64,000 nt of DNA from Hemiscyllium ocellatum. Taxonomy: Eukaryota. The stretch is taken from positions 43,778,217 through 43,842,216 of the forward strand of contig NC_083428.1 of assembly GCF_020745735.1 (NCBI RefSeq). Reading direction: 5' to 3'. Below, piece after piece: positions 1 through 12,731 of the stretch (positions are counted from its first letter, which is position 1; every line of letters starts with the position of its first letter). Made by a program: the position numbers and the translations under genes. The notes under the pieces are model-generated. The model searched no databases. It was not told the DNA's origin and saw only the letters and a list, made by a program, of their open reading frames with translations.

Positions 1-705
1 AGTTCACATTTTTATTTTTTGCAGCCCTTGTTGAATGAAGGCACAACATTTGCTACCCTCCAATCTTCCAGGACCTCACCTGTGGCTTGCAATGATGCAA
101 ATATATCAGCCAAGCGCAGGATTCTTGGAAAAAATCTGGTCAGGACCAGGAGATTTATCAACCTTCATGCATTCTAATATGTCCAACACCACCTCTACTG
201 TGATAAGGACGGTCCCCAAGATATCCCCACTAATCTTCCCAAGTTTTCATGTCTTTCTCCATAGTAAGCACAGAAGAGAAGTGTTTCTTTTTAAAAAAAA
301 AAGTCCTGCTACTATATCAAAAACACATTTTGTCTTTGTTCTTTCCCATGTTGGCTTCAACTTTGATTTTGATGGTTGATTCTTCACTTTCCAAATTATT
401 TTCCAGTCTTGAAGTATCTCTTCGTTTGACCCCAACTTAAGCAATACACCCTGTTGGAGCTGATCACGTGACATCTATTTTTTGAGCTGTGAGAAAGACA
501 CCGTTAGTGAAGTGTTAGCAATTGTGTTCTTGCATAGTTCTAGGAGACTGGTGGACGCTGAAATATCTTATTGATTGTGCAATGTTTGGAAGCAGTTCGA
601 AATGCTTCACAAAAGGTGTTGATTAGATTTGGAAGTGCAGTCTCTGGTCAATAATGCTTGTATAAGTGCGACTATAATAATTGTTCATATTTACTTTGCC
701 CACAG

Positions 706-804
706 CTGGTCAACTCTGTTGATCCGGATAAGATCCTGTTTGGTCCTGATAAGGACTGGGATGTGGTGGAGAATGTGACTGATGATGGTGTTCATAATAA
801 TAGG
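706..804 (+). CDS. NDC80: NDC80-family kinetochore protein, first internal exon in window (gene 5' part lies upstream)
   Basis: cag|CTG...AGG|gtatgt; 99 bp; LVNSVDPDKILFGPDKDWDVVENVTDDGVHNNR resembles the NDC80 segment ending EDGIMHNK. Confidence 0.8.
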
Positions 805-845
805 GTATGTAATTGCTAATTATCCTCAAATGGTATGTCCAATTC

Positions 846-1692
846 AGCAGCTGTTTTCAGACATTTCATCAGCATACTAAGTAACATCATCAATGAGGGG
901 AAAGTGAGGACTGCACATGCTGGAGATCAGAGCTTAAAAATGTGTTGCTGGAAAAGCGCAGCAGGTCAGGCAGCATCAACCTAAACACAAATAAAAAGCG
1001 GACCATACCACCAGTGCTTCACCTGAGGCTCATTGAAGTTGGTTCTTAGTATGGTGACAAAATGTCTGAAAACAAACCTTTTAGCTCAGTGAGCAAACTT
1101 ACATCTTGAAGCTCAGCCTAAGCTACCTGCTCCTTTGATGCTGCCTGACCTGCACTTTTCCAGCAACACATTTTTAAGCAACATCATCAATGAGCCTCCG
1201 GTGAAGCACTGGTGGTATGGCCCGCTTTTTATTTATGTTTGGGTTTCCTTGGGTTGGTGATGACATTTCCTGTTCTTTTTCTCATGGGGTGGTAAATGGG
1301 ATCTACTAGTATCTTTACGTACAGATGAGGAAAGACACCACTTCGACTGGGGCAACACATCTCAGAGAAGCCAAACAGAGACGCGCACAAGAATTCCTAG
1401 AAGCATGGCATTCCAACCGGAACTCTATCAACAATCATATTGACTTGGATCCCATTTACCACCCCCAAGGGGGGGAAAACAGGAAATGGCATCACCAGAG
1501 GAAATGGCATCAGCAACCCAAGGAAACCTAAACACACAAATAAAAAGTGGACCATAGCACCAGTGCTTCACCTGAGGCTCATTGATGTTGGTACTTAGTA
1601 TGGTGACAAAATGTCTGAAAACAAACCTTTCAACTCAGTAAGCAAACTTAAATCTAGAACCTCAACCTAAGCTACAAATCTTCTCAAAACTC
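846..1692. mobile_element. Penelope-like 3' fragments in inverted arrangement, with a nested short PLE insertion (898-1179)
   Basis: EFLEAWHSNRNSINNHIDLDPIY on +; inverted tail at 846-1310; 15-bp TSD AACATCATCAATGAG (883-897, 1180-1194). Confidence 0.8.
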
Positions 1693-2329
1693 AATGACGT
1701 TGTCAACTTTTAGCAGTTTTGTATTTTTTTATTTTTTAATCATCTAGGTTATTAGGGTCCAGAAAGTCTTGGGAACAGCAAATGTAACAAATACAGTCTT
1801 GCGTTTTGCAGCTTCAATATTCACTATCTTTGCAAAAATGGCATTTGTCTCTTGGCCTCCCTTTTTAGATGAACTTTCTGAATTTTCCCAAGAAAGGTCA
1901 TTATAGATTAAATATCTTGTGGTTGCATCAAAAAGTACTTCTAAATCTGTGACTTGTTTCTTCAGCTTATGAATTTCTTTTGGGGAATTGGAGGGGGTGA
2001 GAAGAATATTTTTAAAAGATGGAGAAAAAATTGAAAGATTTCAATGTAATATTTATCTTTTATTTCTCCTCCCGAGTGTGACATCCCTCTTGCCTTTGCT
2101 TGTTTGCAATGTTTGAGGCATTAGATCCCTTCAAGATTTGGTGGTGGGGAATTTACAAAAGATTTACAAAGAAAGCTGAATATTCATGAAAGAGTGATTG
2201 TGTAAGAAAAAACACTACTTTCATGGAAATAAAAGGAAGTTGTACTTAAATGAGTTAGTATTTGTGCAGTACAGAATCTCTAATCAAATGGGAACTGGCT
2301 GTAATTATGCATTGGTAGGAATAAAGCAT

Positions 2330-3783
2330 GGTAGAGATTGCTGAAATATGGCTGTGGAGGTTGGCAAACGTGGTGCCCCTGTTTAAGAAGGGCGGTAAGG
2401 ACAAGCCAGGGAATTATAGACCGGTGAGGCTGACCTCGGTGGTGGGTAAGTTATTGGAGGGAATCCTGAGGGACAGGATATACATGTATTTGGAAAGGCA
2501 AGGACTGATTAGGGGTAGTCAATATGGCTTTGTGCGTGGGAAATCATGTCTCTCAAACTTGATTGAGCTTTTTGATGAAGTAACAAAGAGAATTGATGAG
2601 GGCAGAGCAGTAGCTGTGATCTATATGGACTTCAGTAAGGCATTCGACAAGGTTCCCCATGGGAGACTGATTAGCAAGGTTAGATCTCATGGAATACAGG
2701 GAGAACTAGCCATTTGGATACAGAACTGGCTCAAAGGTAGAAGACAGAGGGTGGTGGTGGAGGGTTGTTTTTCAGACTGACGGCCTGTGACCAGTGGAGT
2801 GCCACAAGGATCGGTGCTGGATCCTCTACTTTTCGTCATTTACATAAATGATTTGGATGCAAGCATAAGAGGTACAGTTAGTAAGTTTGCAGATGACACC
2901 AATATTGGAGGTGTAGTGGACAGTGAAGAGGGTTACCTCAGATTACAACAGGATCTTGACCAGATGGGCCAATGGGCTGAGAAGTGGCAGATGGAGTTTA
3001 ATTCAGATAAATGAGAGGTGCTGCATTTTGGGAAAGCAAATCTTGGCAGGACTTATACACTTAAATGTAAGGTCCTAGGGAGTGTTACTGAACAAAGAGA
3101 CCTTGGAGTGCAAGTTCATAGCTCCTTGAAAGTGGAGTCGCAGGTAGATAGGATAGTGAAGAAGGCGCCTGGTATGCTTTCCTTTGAGTACAGAAGTTGG
3201 GAGGTCATGTTGCAGCTGTTCAGGAAATTGGTTAGGCCACTGTTGGAATATTGTGTGCAATTCTGGTCTCCTTCCTATCGGAAAGATGTTGTGAAACCTG
3301 AAAGGGTTCAGAAAAGATTTACAGGGATGTTGCCAGGGTTGGAGGGATTGAGCTACATGGAGAGGCTGAACAGGCTGGGGTTGTTTTCTCTGGAGCATCG
3401 GAGGCTGAGGGATGACCTTATAGAGGTTTACAAAGTTATGAGAGGCATGGATAGGATAAATAGACAAAGTCTTTTCCCTGAGGTGGTGGAGTCCAGAACT
3501 AGAGTATAGGTTTAGGGTGAGAGGGGAAAGATAAAAGAGACCTAAGGGGCATCTTTTTCACGCAGTGGGTGGTATGTGTATGGAATGAGCTGCCAGAGGA
3601 AGTGGTGGAGGCTGGTACAATTGCAACATTTAAAAGGCATTTGGATGGGTATATGAATAGGAAGGGTTTGGAGGGATATGGGCCGGGTGCTGGCAGATGG
3701 GACTAGATTGGTTGGGATATCTGTTCGGCATGGGCAGGTTGACTGAAGGATCTGTTCCCATGCTGTACACCTCTATGACTCCA
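2330..3783 (+). mobile_element. CR1-clade LINE (HER1-like), 5'-truncated, RT with stops
   Basis: NYRPVRLTSVVGK, YMDFSKAFDKVPH, SGVPQGSVL, SKFADDT; tail ending CTCTATGACT. Confidence 0.93.
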
Positions 3784-4364
3784 TGCCTGGGAATTAAATA
3801 TTGAATAAAACATACATAGAAGTGACAGGGAAGGGGAGGTAGAGAAACAGTACTTGAAAATCACAATTACAGGAGGAATAAACAAAAATTGAATTCATAT
3901 GAATAGAGTTAAAAGATAATAAAGAACCAGCCACACTATAATGTGCAGTTCATAAACCATGGAATGGAGTTGAATGACGAAATATGCAGGCAACCTAAGA
4001 AATTGAGTAAAAATTGAATATTCATCATGGGGACTTCAACAAACCCGCTATTAATTGGACAAATAGGTGATGGAATTAAGATCCTAGATTTAAATGACCA
4101 GTAGATTTAGAAGTGTTCAATAGCGGAAGCAATACTTTGTCTGATGTGTGTTGAACCAACATAGCAATTGATTTTGCTTTATCTCTGGTTTAAGCTTTTA
4201 TTTCATTTTGTTTCTTCTGTTACACATCTAGTTTGGTGGAAATGTTATTGGAAGTAGATAATGACATGAAATTGAGGGATGTGAGTTCTCCAAACAGAAT
4301 TCCTAAGTAGCATTTTCTTCTTCTGTAACATTTATAAACTTAACTTGCATCCACAAATTTCTCA

Positions 4365-5250
4365 AAGTCATAGACTCCTACCCCTTCCTGAAGAAGGGTT
4401 CCTGCCCAAAACATCAATTTTCCTGTTCCTCGGATGCTGCCCGACCTGCTCTGCATTTCCAGCACCTCTCTAATCTTGACTCCTACAGCACAGAGACAGG
4501 CCCTTTGGCCCAAACTAGTCCATGCCGACCAAAATGTCCATCCACACTAACCCCATATCCCTGCACTTGGCCCATATCCTTCTAAATATTTCCTATCCAT
4601 GTGTTTGTCCAAATGCCTTTTAAATGTTGTTAATGTCCCCATTTCAACAATTTCTGTGCATACCACACTCTGTGGAAAAAACCCATTGCACATCAGGTAC
4701 CCTTTTATTCTTTCCCCTCTAACCTTAACCTGATGCCCTTTAGTCCTCGATTTCCAAACCGTGAGAGAGATAAACTGAGTGCATTCGCCCTATCCATGTC
4801 TGTAACGAGCTTATACTCTTCTATGAAATCTCACATCAGTCTCCAATACTCTAAAGAAAAACGTCCTATCTTGTCCAACCTCTCCTTATAACTCAAACCC
4901 TTGAGTCCTGGCAACCTCCTTGTAAACTTCTTCTGCACTCTTTCCAGTTTAATAATATCCTTCCTGTAGCAAGATGACCAAAACTGAACACCATATTCCA
5001 AGTGTGGCCTCACCAACCTCCTGTACAACTGCAACATTACTTCCCAACTTCTCTACTCAATGCCCAGCCTGATGAAGGCCAGTGTGCCAAAAGCCACTTT
5101 CACTGCCCTGTCTAACTGTGACTCCACTTTCAGAGAAAAGTGTACCTGAACTCCAAGGTCCCTCTGTTCCACTACACTCTTTAAAGCCCTACCATTCACC
5201 ATGAAACTTCTACTTTGATTTGACTTTCCAAAATACAAGACCTCGCACTT
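4365..5250 (-). mobile_element. CR1 LINE 3' fragment, with a short PLE insertion at about 4382-4477
   Basis: LYRRLVRPHLEYGVQFWS; GACTCCTAC duplicated around the insert. Confidence 0.88.
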
Positions 5251-6216
5251 ATTTCCCTCCATGTAAACTACCCAAATCTGATTCATGGCCCCTCCCTTGA
5301 TCTTGCCATGTTGTGTGGATTTGCGAGTCCTATTGCAGGATAAAGTCACATCTGATCACTGTTATATTATTTCTTCACCTTCATTTCCCTTCCAATGCCT
5401 GAATGCCTTATAGCATTTTCGGGGATAAATGCATTTCAGTTGCATTTGACACAGGACTTGTACAACCTACTTCCTATTTAATCAAACTGTCAGCCCCATC
5501 TTATTTATTCCCCTAGTACAGCCTTCATTTCTGTTCCCTTAAGACCTAGTGATGGAGACTTGGAAGGATATCGTGGGCAAATGGCTTGACCATCCATTGG
5601 TTTGAACAGCCAATGCAGATCTCCAACCAAACACTTCTGAGAATTTATGAACTTTCATTGAGTTAACTTATTTCTCAGCTTTGGTCTCCATTTTAAATAT
5701 TTTATATTCCTATCACATTGCAGTCAGGTTTTCATTGAATTGCCCAAAATGCTTTCCGAGTTCTAGGTTTTTCTTAGCTAAAATCAATCTTTGGTTATTA
5801 TAAAATCCAAAAGCAAGCTGATTTTTAAAAAATTCTCTCTTGTAATAACTCCCATAATCTATACAAACTTTCATTAACATTCCAGTCAGCTTTCAGACAA
5901 CTGCTCTCTGACACATTGGTTTAAAATCATGGTTCTTGAAGACTGACCTGATTAATTATTAAACCCCTTCACGAAAGCAGACCAACATCTACTAGTTTAA
6001 AATCTAAAATTCTTTTTTTAAAAAAAACTGACATAAACCACAACTTTGTCACTATCAAAATATAAATATCAGCTGAAGTGAAAACACTTTGTCATGAGCA
6101 GTAGTGGAGAAATCAGTTCTTCTGTCCTGATTTTATTCTTTTACTTCAAATATTTTGACAAGAACATTTTTCAAAGAGAGAAATATATTCATAACTTGTG
6201 TTTACTTGTTTTATAG

Positions 6217-6310
6217 CTGTTCATTGATTATACAAGTAAGTGTTATTCACGTTACCTTTCTGGCATAGACGACTACGAAGACTTGAATTTGGAGAACTTG
6301 ACTTTACTGA
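6217..6310 (+). CDS. NDC80: NDC80-family exon
   Basis: tag|CTG...A|gtgagt; 94 bp; LFIDYTSKCYSRYLSGIDDYEDLNLENLTLL matches NDC80 LFLDYTIKCYESFMSGAD. Confidence 0.92.
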
Positions 6311-7863
6311 GTGAGTACAACCTAATGGCTTTGAAATAGAATTTTTCCCACAGTCTCCACCTTGCCCTCAACAGCACTGCAACAGGAGTAATACATTCAA
6401 AAGTTGTATACTTTGCACTTGCAATATCAAGTGTCTAACCATCACTCTGTGCTTTCCTTGATAATACTTCAAACCAATTTAAGTGGATGATTGCAAGGCC
6501 TTTGATCTATTGTATTGAAAGTGTGATGTCAGTGCTAAGTATATGAAAAGGTCTGGGCTGTTCAGCCCATCCAGCCTGCCTGAACTTAATTATGTTTTTG
6601 TAGAAGTGGAAAAAATATTTACTAAAAGATTATTGCACAGTGAGTACTTGTCCTCCTAGAAATATCTTGTGTCTCATCATGAGACTTGTATGTTTTTGTC
6701 ACATTTATGTATAACCAGTAGAAAAATTAAATTTATGTAGCTTTCACCCATTGGCACATGGTATAACTCCTTCCCACATTGGCATCATATTCTGCCGTGA
6801 AAATCTTATGTTCCTGCTTCATGCTAAGAAATTGTTAACTAGATGGGCAGTTGAGGCTGTGCTTTCCCCATGTGACCCCTTTAACATTGCCTCAGACTTT
6901 GGGAGATCTCAGTGATAGGGTAATTTCAACTGCTGAATGGGGACAGGGTGTGGTATGATGGGAAATGTTTAAAATGATGGACAGTTGTTTAAACTTTTTC
7001 ACAGTTCACAGGCTTTGTAGCAACAGTAACCAAGCCCCAAAGCCTTGTCTGTTAGACTATACCATGGGACAAAATTAACAATTGAGGGACTTTGCAGCTG
7101 TTATTTAATCTGAATTCCATGGCAGCCATTGCCTTAAAGCTCGCTAAAATCTTGTCTCTTTCATTGAACCTTTGACCAAGTGAACAGCTGTTTACAATTC
7201 ACCCTGTCAATGCCCCTAATAATCTTATATACCCTCAACCTTCTCTGCTCCAAAACAAAACAACCCATGCTTATCCAGCCTTTCTTCACAGCTGAAATGC
7301 TCTGTCCCAGGCAACAGTCTGGTGAATCTCCTCTGCACCCCTCCAGTATAATCAGATCTTTCCCGTAGTGTGGTGACCAGAACTGCACACACTTGTGGCC
7401 TAACCATAGTTCTGTATACCTCCAATATGACCTCCCTGCTGAGATGTGGTCCTGCTATCGAATCTAGTCTAAATCGATACCTGACTAGCTCTACCTGCAA
7501 GGATTATTAATGGCTCCAGAGCTTTCTGCAATTGTTCCATATCCTTTTACCCATAAAGATGTTGATCTCTTTTTTATTTGCTGGATTTCCAAGCAAGGCA
7601 TCTCATCTTGAACCATTTTGATTGTGGGGACTAGTGATTGGATTGGTTGGTTATTAAAGTATTTCTAAGAATGTTAATTATTTTTGAATCCAGAAACAAA
7701 TTTCTAATGTATGATTTGGCTGATATCCTTAGCTGTGTGTTTATTGCAAATCAAAATCAGAAGCCTGTTATACCTTTGAAATTGGGATTTTACTGACAGC
7801 AGTTAAGGTCCCTAGTTTGAATTGAAATGATTTATTGAAAAATATCTATTCTGTACATTGTAG

Positions 7864-7970
7864 AGCAGCATTTTGGAGTGGATGAAGCCCAATTTGATGC
7901 TTTCACTGCAGAAAACAGAAGTTTGGCAGAAGAGCTGGAAAAGTTGGAGAAAGAGAAACAGAATGAGCCG
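7864..7970 (+). CDS. NDC80: NDC80-family exon
   Basis: tag|AG...CCG|gttggt; 107 bp, phase continues from previous exon; (K)QHFGVDEAQFDAFTAENRSLAEELEKLEKEKQNEP. Confidence 0.9.
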
Positions 7971-9011
7971 GTTGGTAATGTTCTTTGTCTTTCCCATTTG
8001 TATTTTTGCACATTTACAAAACCTACATTGGTGCTTCTGTTTCTTGCTGTGCGAATCAGTTTTCAATACATGACTACATATCTATAAGTTCATTTTAGAG
8101 GAGTATGAAATGCTTCTGGTTTGACCTTGATTGTGAAAATGAAAAAAAAATCAGAATTGCTTGAAGCTGAACTTAAAGTTGTATTTTTAAAGCTGAATCT
8201 TGAAGATTTATAGGGATCAAGAAAGAATGTTGCTAAGTGCAACAGCATTTGTGCAATGAATTATGATCTGGTAATGTTCACCAATTAGTTATGGGACCTT
8301 GGATCATTAGCTGAGTTGGTGGGTCCAAGGAAACAACAGAGAGGGATTGATGCAATGTGGCAGGAGGAGCTGTGGCATCGAAGAAGTGTACTTGTATATG
8401 TTTGAATTTGAATTGTGGCACAGTTGGAAAGGTAGAACTCTTGGCTTTGGTTTGGTAGGGATTTCAGCGCCAAGCTGATATGTTGTTTTGTCCTGTTGTA
8501 ATATGATACATTTGTATAGTTTATCATATGTATTGATTTTTATATGGTATTTTGTAGATGGGAGGGAGCCCTTCCTTTACTTTTTCACCTATATTAGGTT
8601 TTTAGCTGGCTACATGTGATTTGGGACGAATTCAACCATTCTTCTCTTCCCCCACCCCCATATGGTTGAAAAACTGCATCAACCAGAATGACACAGTGGT
8701 ACTCAAATGGGCTGTTTTTGAGCTGCTTCAGTATTGTTGAAGCTACGTTTTCCCGGATCAGTGGGGAGTATTCTGTCACCTTCCTGACTTGTGCTTTGTG
8801 GGTGGAATTAGGTATGTCACTTGATATAGAATATCCAGACTTCGATCTGCTCTTGTAATCTTGTATTTGAATGTTAGGTTGAGTTAAGACTCTAATGATC
8901 CCAGGATGTAAATGGTAGATGATTTAGCAATATCATTGTCATTGGAAGTCTTTCATTTAATACTTTAGCTGTATCCCATGTCTCTATATGTAAATCACTG
9001 CCATTGTTCCT

Positions 9012-9539
9012 GATTTGGAGATGCCGGCGTTGCACTGAGGTGTGCAAAGTTAAAAATCACATAAAAATAATATGTTTGTGGGGTGAATTTGTACTTGCAG
9101 TTACATTGTACTTTGCTCAAAAACTCCATGAATCCATGTAGGATTCTGTTAATTCATATTTTTAGATTAGAATCAGTCTAAACATTATGGCACAGACAGC
9201 AGCACACAGGGGCTAACACCTTCAACGCATTATCTGGGCTGACACCAATTGTTAAAAAAATTCACCTAAGAATGTAACTTTTAAAAGAAGTTTTGTGATT
9301 CATATATGAAAGAAGTGAAACTAACATGATCACTCTAACAGATGAGAGACTTAACAAACAATCAAGGTATTTTTCAATGTATAATTTCAGTTACACCACA
9401 CTGTGAACTTTTGCGATAAATTTTGTGTCTTACAATTGTGTCCTTCACAAAACCTGATGAAGGAGCAGCGCTTCGAAAGCTAATGCTTCTAATTAAACCT
9501 GGTGGACTATAATCTGGTGTTGTGTGATTTTTAACTCTG
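9012..9539 (+). mobile_element. PLE-derived element of a second family, with inverted ends and a hammerhead relic
   Basis: AAAGTTAAAAATCACA versus TGTGATTTTTAACTCT; CTGATGA-A-GGAGC-AGC-GCTTC-GAAA-GCTA at 9454-9482; TSD TTGTTCCT. Confidence 0.7.
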
Positions 9540-9737
9540 TTGTTCCTAATCAATTACACTTTTTATCATTTATATGCTTCTAGAAAACTTTGGGGCACTG
9601 TTTTAGGTTGTCTACCATTCTCTTTTTATATTCTCTCTTTGCTGCTTTGACTTTTCTTATCCTATCTGAAACTTTGATATTCAGCTTGATTTTACCTATT
9701 TTATAATGTCAATCCATTTTCTTCACAATTTGTATCT

Positions 9738-10426
9738 ATTTGCTCATCCCGGGAGCACTAACTTTGTTTCCCTTGCACTTTGAGGGGATATGCTTTGACT
9801 GCACAAAATTTCCTCTCTTTTGAAGTTAACCAATTGTTCAGCTGTTGAATTTCCTGCCAACCTATAACTCCATCTATTCTACCTAGATCCATTCTTTTCC
9901 TGTTGATATTGGCTTTACTCCAGTTTACTTTTTTTACTCTGGGATTGTTCAGTGTCCTTTGTGTAGTAACCCTCAACACTAAGATGTAATGATCACTGTC
10001 TCCTAAACGGTCTCCTACTGACATCCTATCAACGTGGCCAATCTTATTTCCAAGAACCAACTCTATCATTATTGCCTTTGTCCTTGGGGTGGAAACACTG
10101 TTCCGAAAAATTTCCTGAAAATGCTTTGGGAACTCTTGTCTCTTTCTGCATCTGTTTAAGAGACAGTGATCATTACATTTAGTGTTGAGGGTTACTACAC
10201 AAAGGACACTGAACAATCCCAGAGTAAGAAAAGTAAACTGGAGTAAAGCCAATATCAACAGGAAAAGAATGGATCTAGGTAGAGTTATAGATGGAGTTAT
10301 AGGTTGGCACGAAATTCAACAGCTGAACAATTGGTTAACTTCAAAAGAGAATATATTTTGTGCAGTCAAAACATATTCCCTCAAAATGCAAGGGAAACAA
10401 AGTTAGTGCTCCCGGAATGAGCAAAT
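9738..10426. repeat. Inverted duplication with about 270-bp arms and about 145-bp spacer
   Basis: 9738-10008 is the reverse complement of 10154-10426; the same peptide appears in the + and - ORF tracks. Confidence 0.92.
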
Positions 10427-11122
10427 TTCTTCAACACTACATGCATTCACAGACCTGAACAGTAACTCTGATGTAGAATTTTACTTATTCTCATTTACTC
10501 TAACCCCATCTATTAAGTTACTATTCTTCTTCTGGTGCTGTCCATCTCTACAGTGTTCTGTGTAGCTTAACACCTTCTCAACAGCACGAGCAAGATACCC
10601 ACAAGGAACTCACTCCCAGTTATGACTAAGCCTTAAGCTCAACTTTTATACAGCCCTTCTGATCTGCACAGATCCATGTCTCGTCAGCAATTGCCCAACA
10701 ATTTACTCCTTCTGTTTCTGTGCTCAATTGTACATGGTAATAGCTGTAATCCAGAATTCCAGGGATTGTCATGGCTGAATTTGGCCACTACCACTGTACC
10801 TTGTATTAAATGGCATTGTTCAAAGCCTGATGATCTACGTCTCCTATTTTTGTGTGTTTATGCCATCTGCTGTACCATAATGTCATAGTGCATGTCAGAC
10901 GTACTATAGTATGTGAGCAGCAATACCTTAAAATATGAGAAAAACTGAAATCATTGCCTTTGTCCAAGCCATAAAATCCATTTCTCTCCCTGACAATTGT
11001 CTGTAGCTGAGTCGCACTATATGCAACTATATTTGACCCAAGATAACCTTGTAGCCATGCATCAAGACCAACATGAAGTTTGCCTATTTTATGTAACGTT
11101 GCCTGAGTTTGTTCATTTTCTG

Positions 11123-11314
11123 CTGGAAAAGCACAGCAGGTCAGGCAGCATCCAAAGAGCAGGAAAGTCGACGTTTCGGACATGAGCCCTTCTTCAGGAA
11201 TCAGGATTCCTGAAGAAGGGCTCATGCCCGAAACGTCGACTCTGCCTGACCTGCGCTTTTCCAGCAACACATTTACAGCTCTGATCTCCAGCATCTGCAG
11301 TCCTCACTTTCTCC
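11123..11314. mobile_element. Short fold-back PLE-derived element with two opposed hammerhead motifs
   Basis: Palindrome centred at about 11203; 15-bp TSD TTTGTTCATTYTCTG (11108-11122, 11315-11329). Confidence 0.85.
11206..11241 (+). ncRNA. Minimal type I hammerhead ribozyme motif
   Basis: AUUC-CUGAAGA-A-GGGC(UCAU)GCCC-GAAA-C-GUC-GACU; inverted copy at 11166-11201 (-). Confidence 0.7.
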
Positions 11315-12586
11315 TTTGTTCATTCTCTGAAGTCCTCATCCATGACTTGCTTGGACTGAATCATCCCAGCAATCTAGTTGGCCAGCCTCTAATGTTGTGC
11401 TCTCTTTAAACTTGAGGTCATCCAAAGATCTGTTAGTGTCCCAACTGTCACTAGATCCCATTCACCATCACATTACTTTGCTGATCCACTTGAGATCCCA
11501 GTTAAGCAACACCTCTATTAAAATTCTCAATCTTGTTTTCAGATTCATCCACTGAATCTCCCTTTCCTATCTCTCCCATCCTAATCAGTCTGATATCTAT
11601 AGCTGCTCCAAACTTGGTTTATTGAATGTTCCCAATTTTCAATTACTCCACCTTTGCCCATTATGCCTTCAGCTGCCAAAGCCCAAAGCTTGGAATTACC
11701 TACTTAAACTTCTCTGCCTGTCTTACCCTCCCCCTTGCTTTAAAGTATTCTTTAAAATCTACATTCTTGATGAAACCCTTTGGCACCTGTTATATAAATT
11801 AGTGTCCTAATGTCAAATTTTGTTAACCGTTGGGAGATTTTCTGTTTGTTGCTCTGTACATGCCACAAATACAAATTCTTCCTTTACACCTTGGTCCTGC
11901 CCTACAGCACTCTATTTTGTGACTTGTTCTCTTAGTATCTAATCATCGTTTCAAGTGGTGTCATGGTTGTGTTGCAATCCTTAAGTATCTAAAGTTTTAC
12001 AGGGCTTATGAAAGGAGCTGGGAGCTACAACTTATTGCATATCTGTGGACAGTAAGGCCACTTGGTCTGTGAATGCATGTAGTGTTGAAGAAATTTGCAG
12101 CTCCCTTTCAGAAGAGGGATTTTCCATAAGAGAGCTGTGGTCAGTCATTTGGTGAGGTTGGCATACATTTCCCCTGTGGTGTCACTTTACCAGTATTGTG
12201 TTATTTAGACCATTGGCTATTCTTGTAGTGGATTTTCAGGTTCTATATCATTAAGACCGGTTTTGTTAGTGATTAGTTGTGTAATCTGTATCAATGTTCC
12301 TAAGAGATGTAGGATAGTTTGTAAAGATAGCTTCAGTGCACACGATTTTCTTGTTTCTTTGCCTTTACACTAATGACTTCTGCAGACTACACTTCAGTCA
12401 TGTAAACTTTCCAAGCTGGTATATGTTCACATGGAAGTTATTAGAGCTTGCATTTGCTTTATTTAATAAATCCAATTCATTATTGAAAATGTGTGGGTAA
12501 AAGTTGAGTACTTAACTCCAACAAAGAAACCCCAGCGCTGTGTCATTATAGAGCAATTTCATAATGAACTTAACTTTTGATTTCAG

Positions 12587-12731
12587 GACAGGGTTCAGGC
12601 ACTGGAGAAAACAAAAATAAGTTTGCAAAAGGACCAACAGAAATATAAGAAATACCTGGAAGAAATGGAACAGCACAAAATTCTTCTTGAGCAGAGAGCA
12701 AAAGGAATCAAAGATGAAATAGAATCTGCAG
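12587..12731 (+). CDS. NDC80: NDC80-family exon (coiled coil)
   Basis: cag|GAC...G|gtaaat; 145 bp; DRVQALEKTKISLQKDQQKYKKYLEEMEQHKILLEQRAKGIKDEIESA. Confidence 0.92.

Noticed and set aside
538-616. Frame reading DWWTLKYLIDCAM, resembling NDC80 ALVWLIDCIK
   Set aside because: Upstream in-frame stop, no HTWP motif and no suitable donor; probably chance.
2328-3509. RT ORFs as a host gene or active LINE
   Set aside because: 5'-truncated CR1 with in-frame stops.
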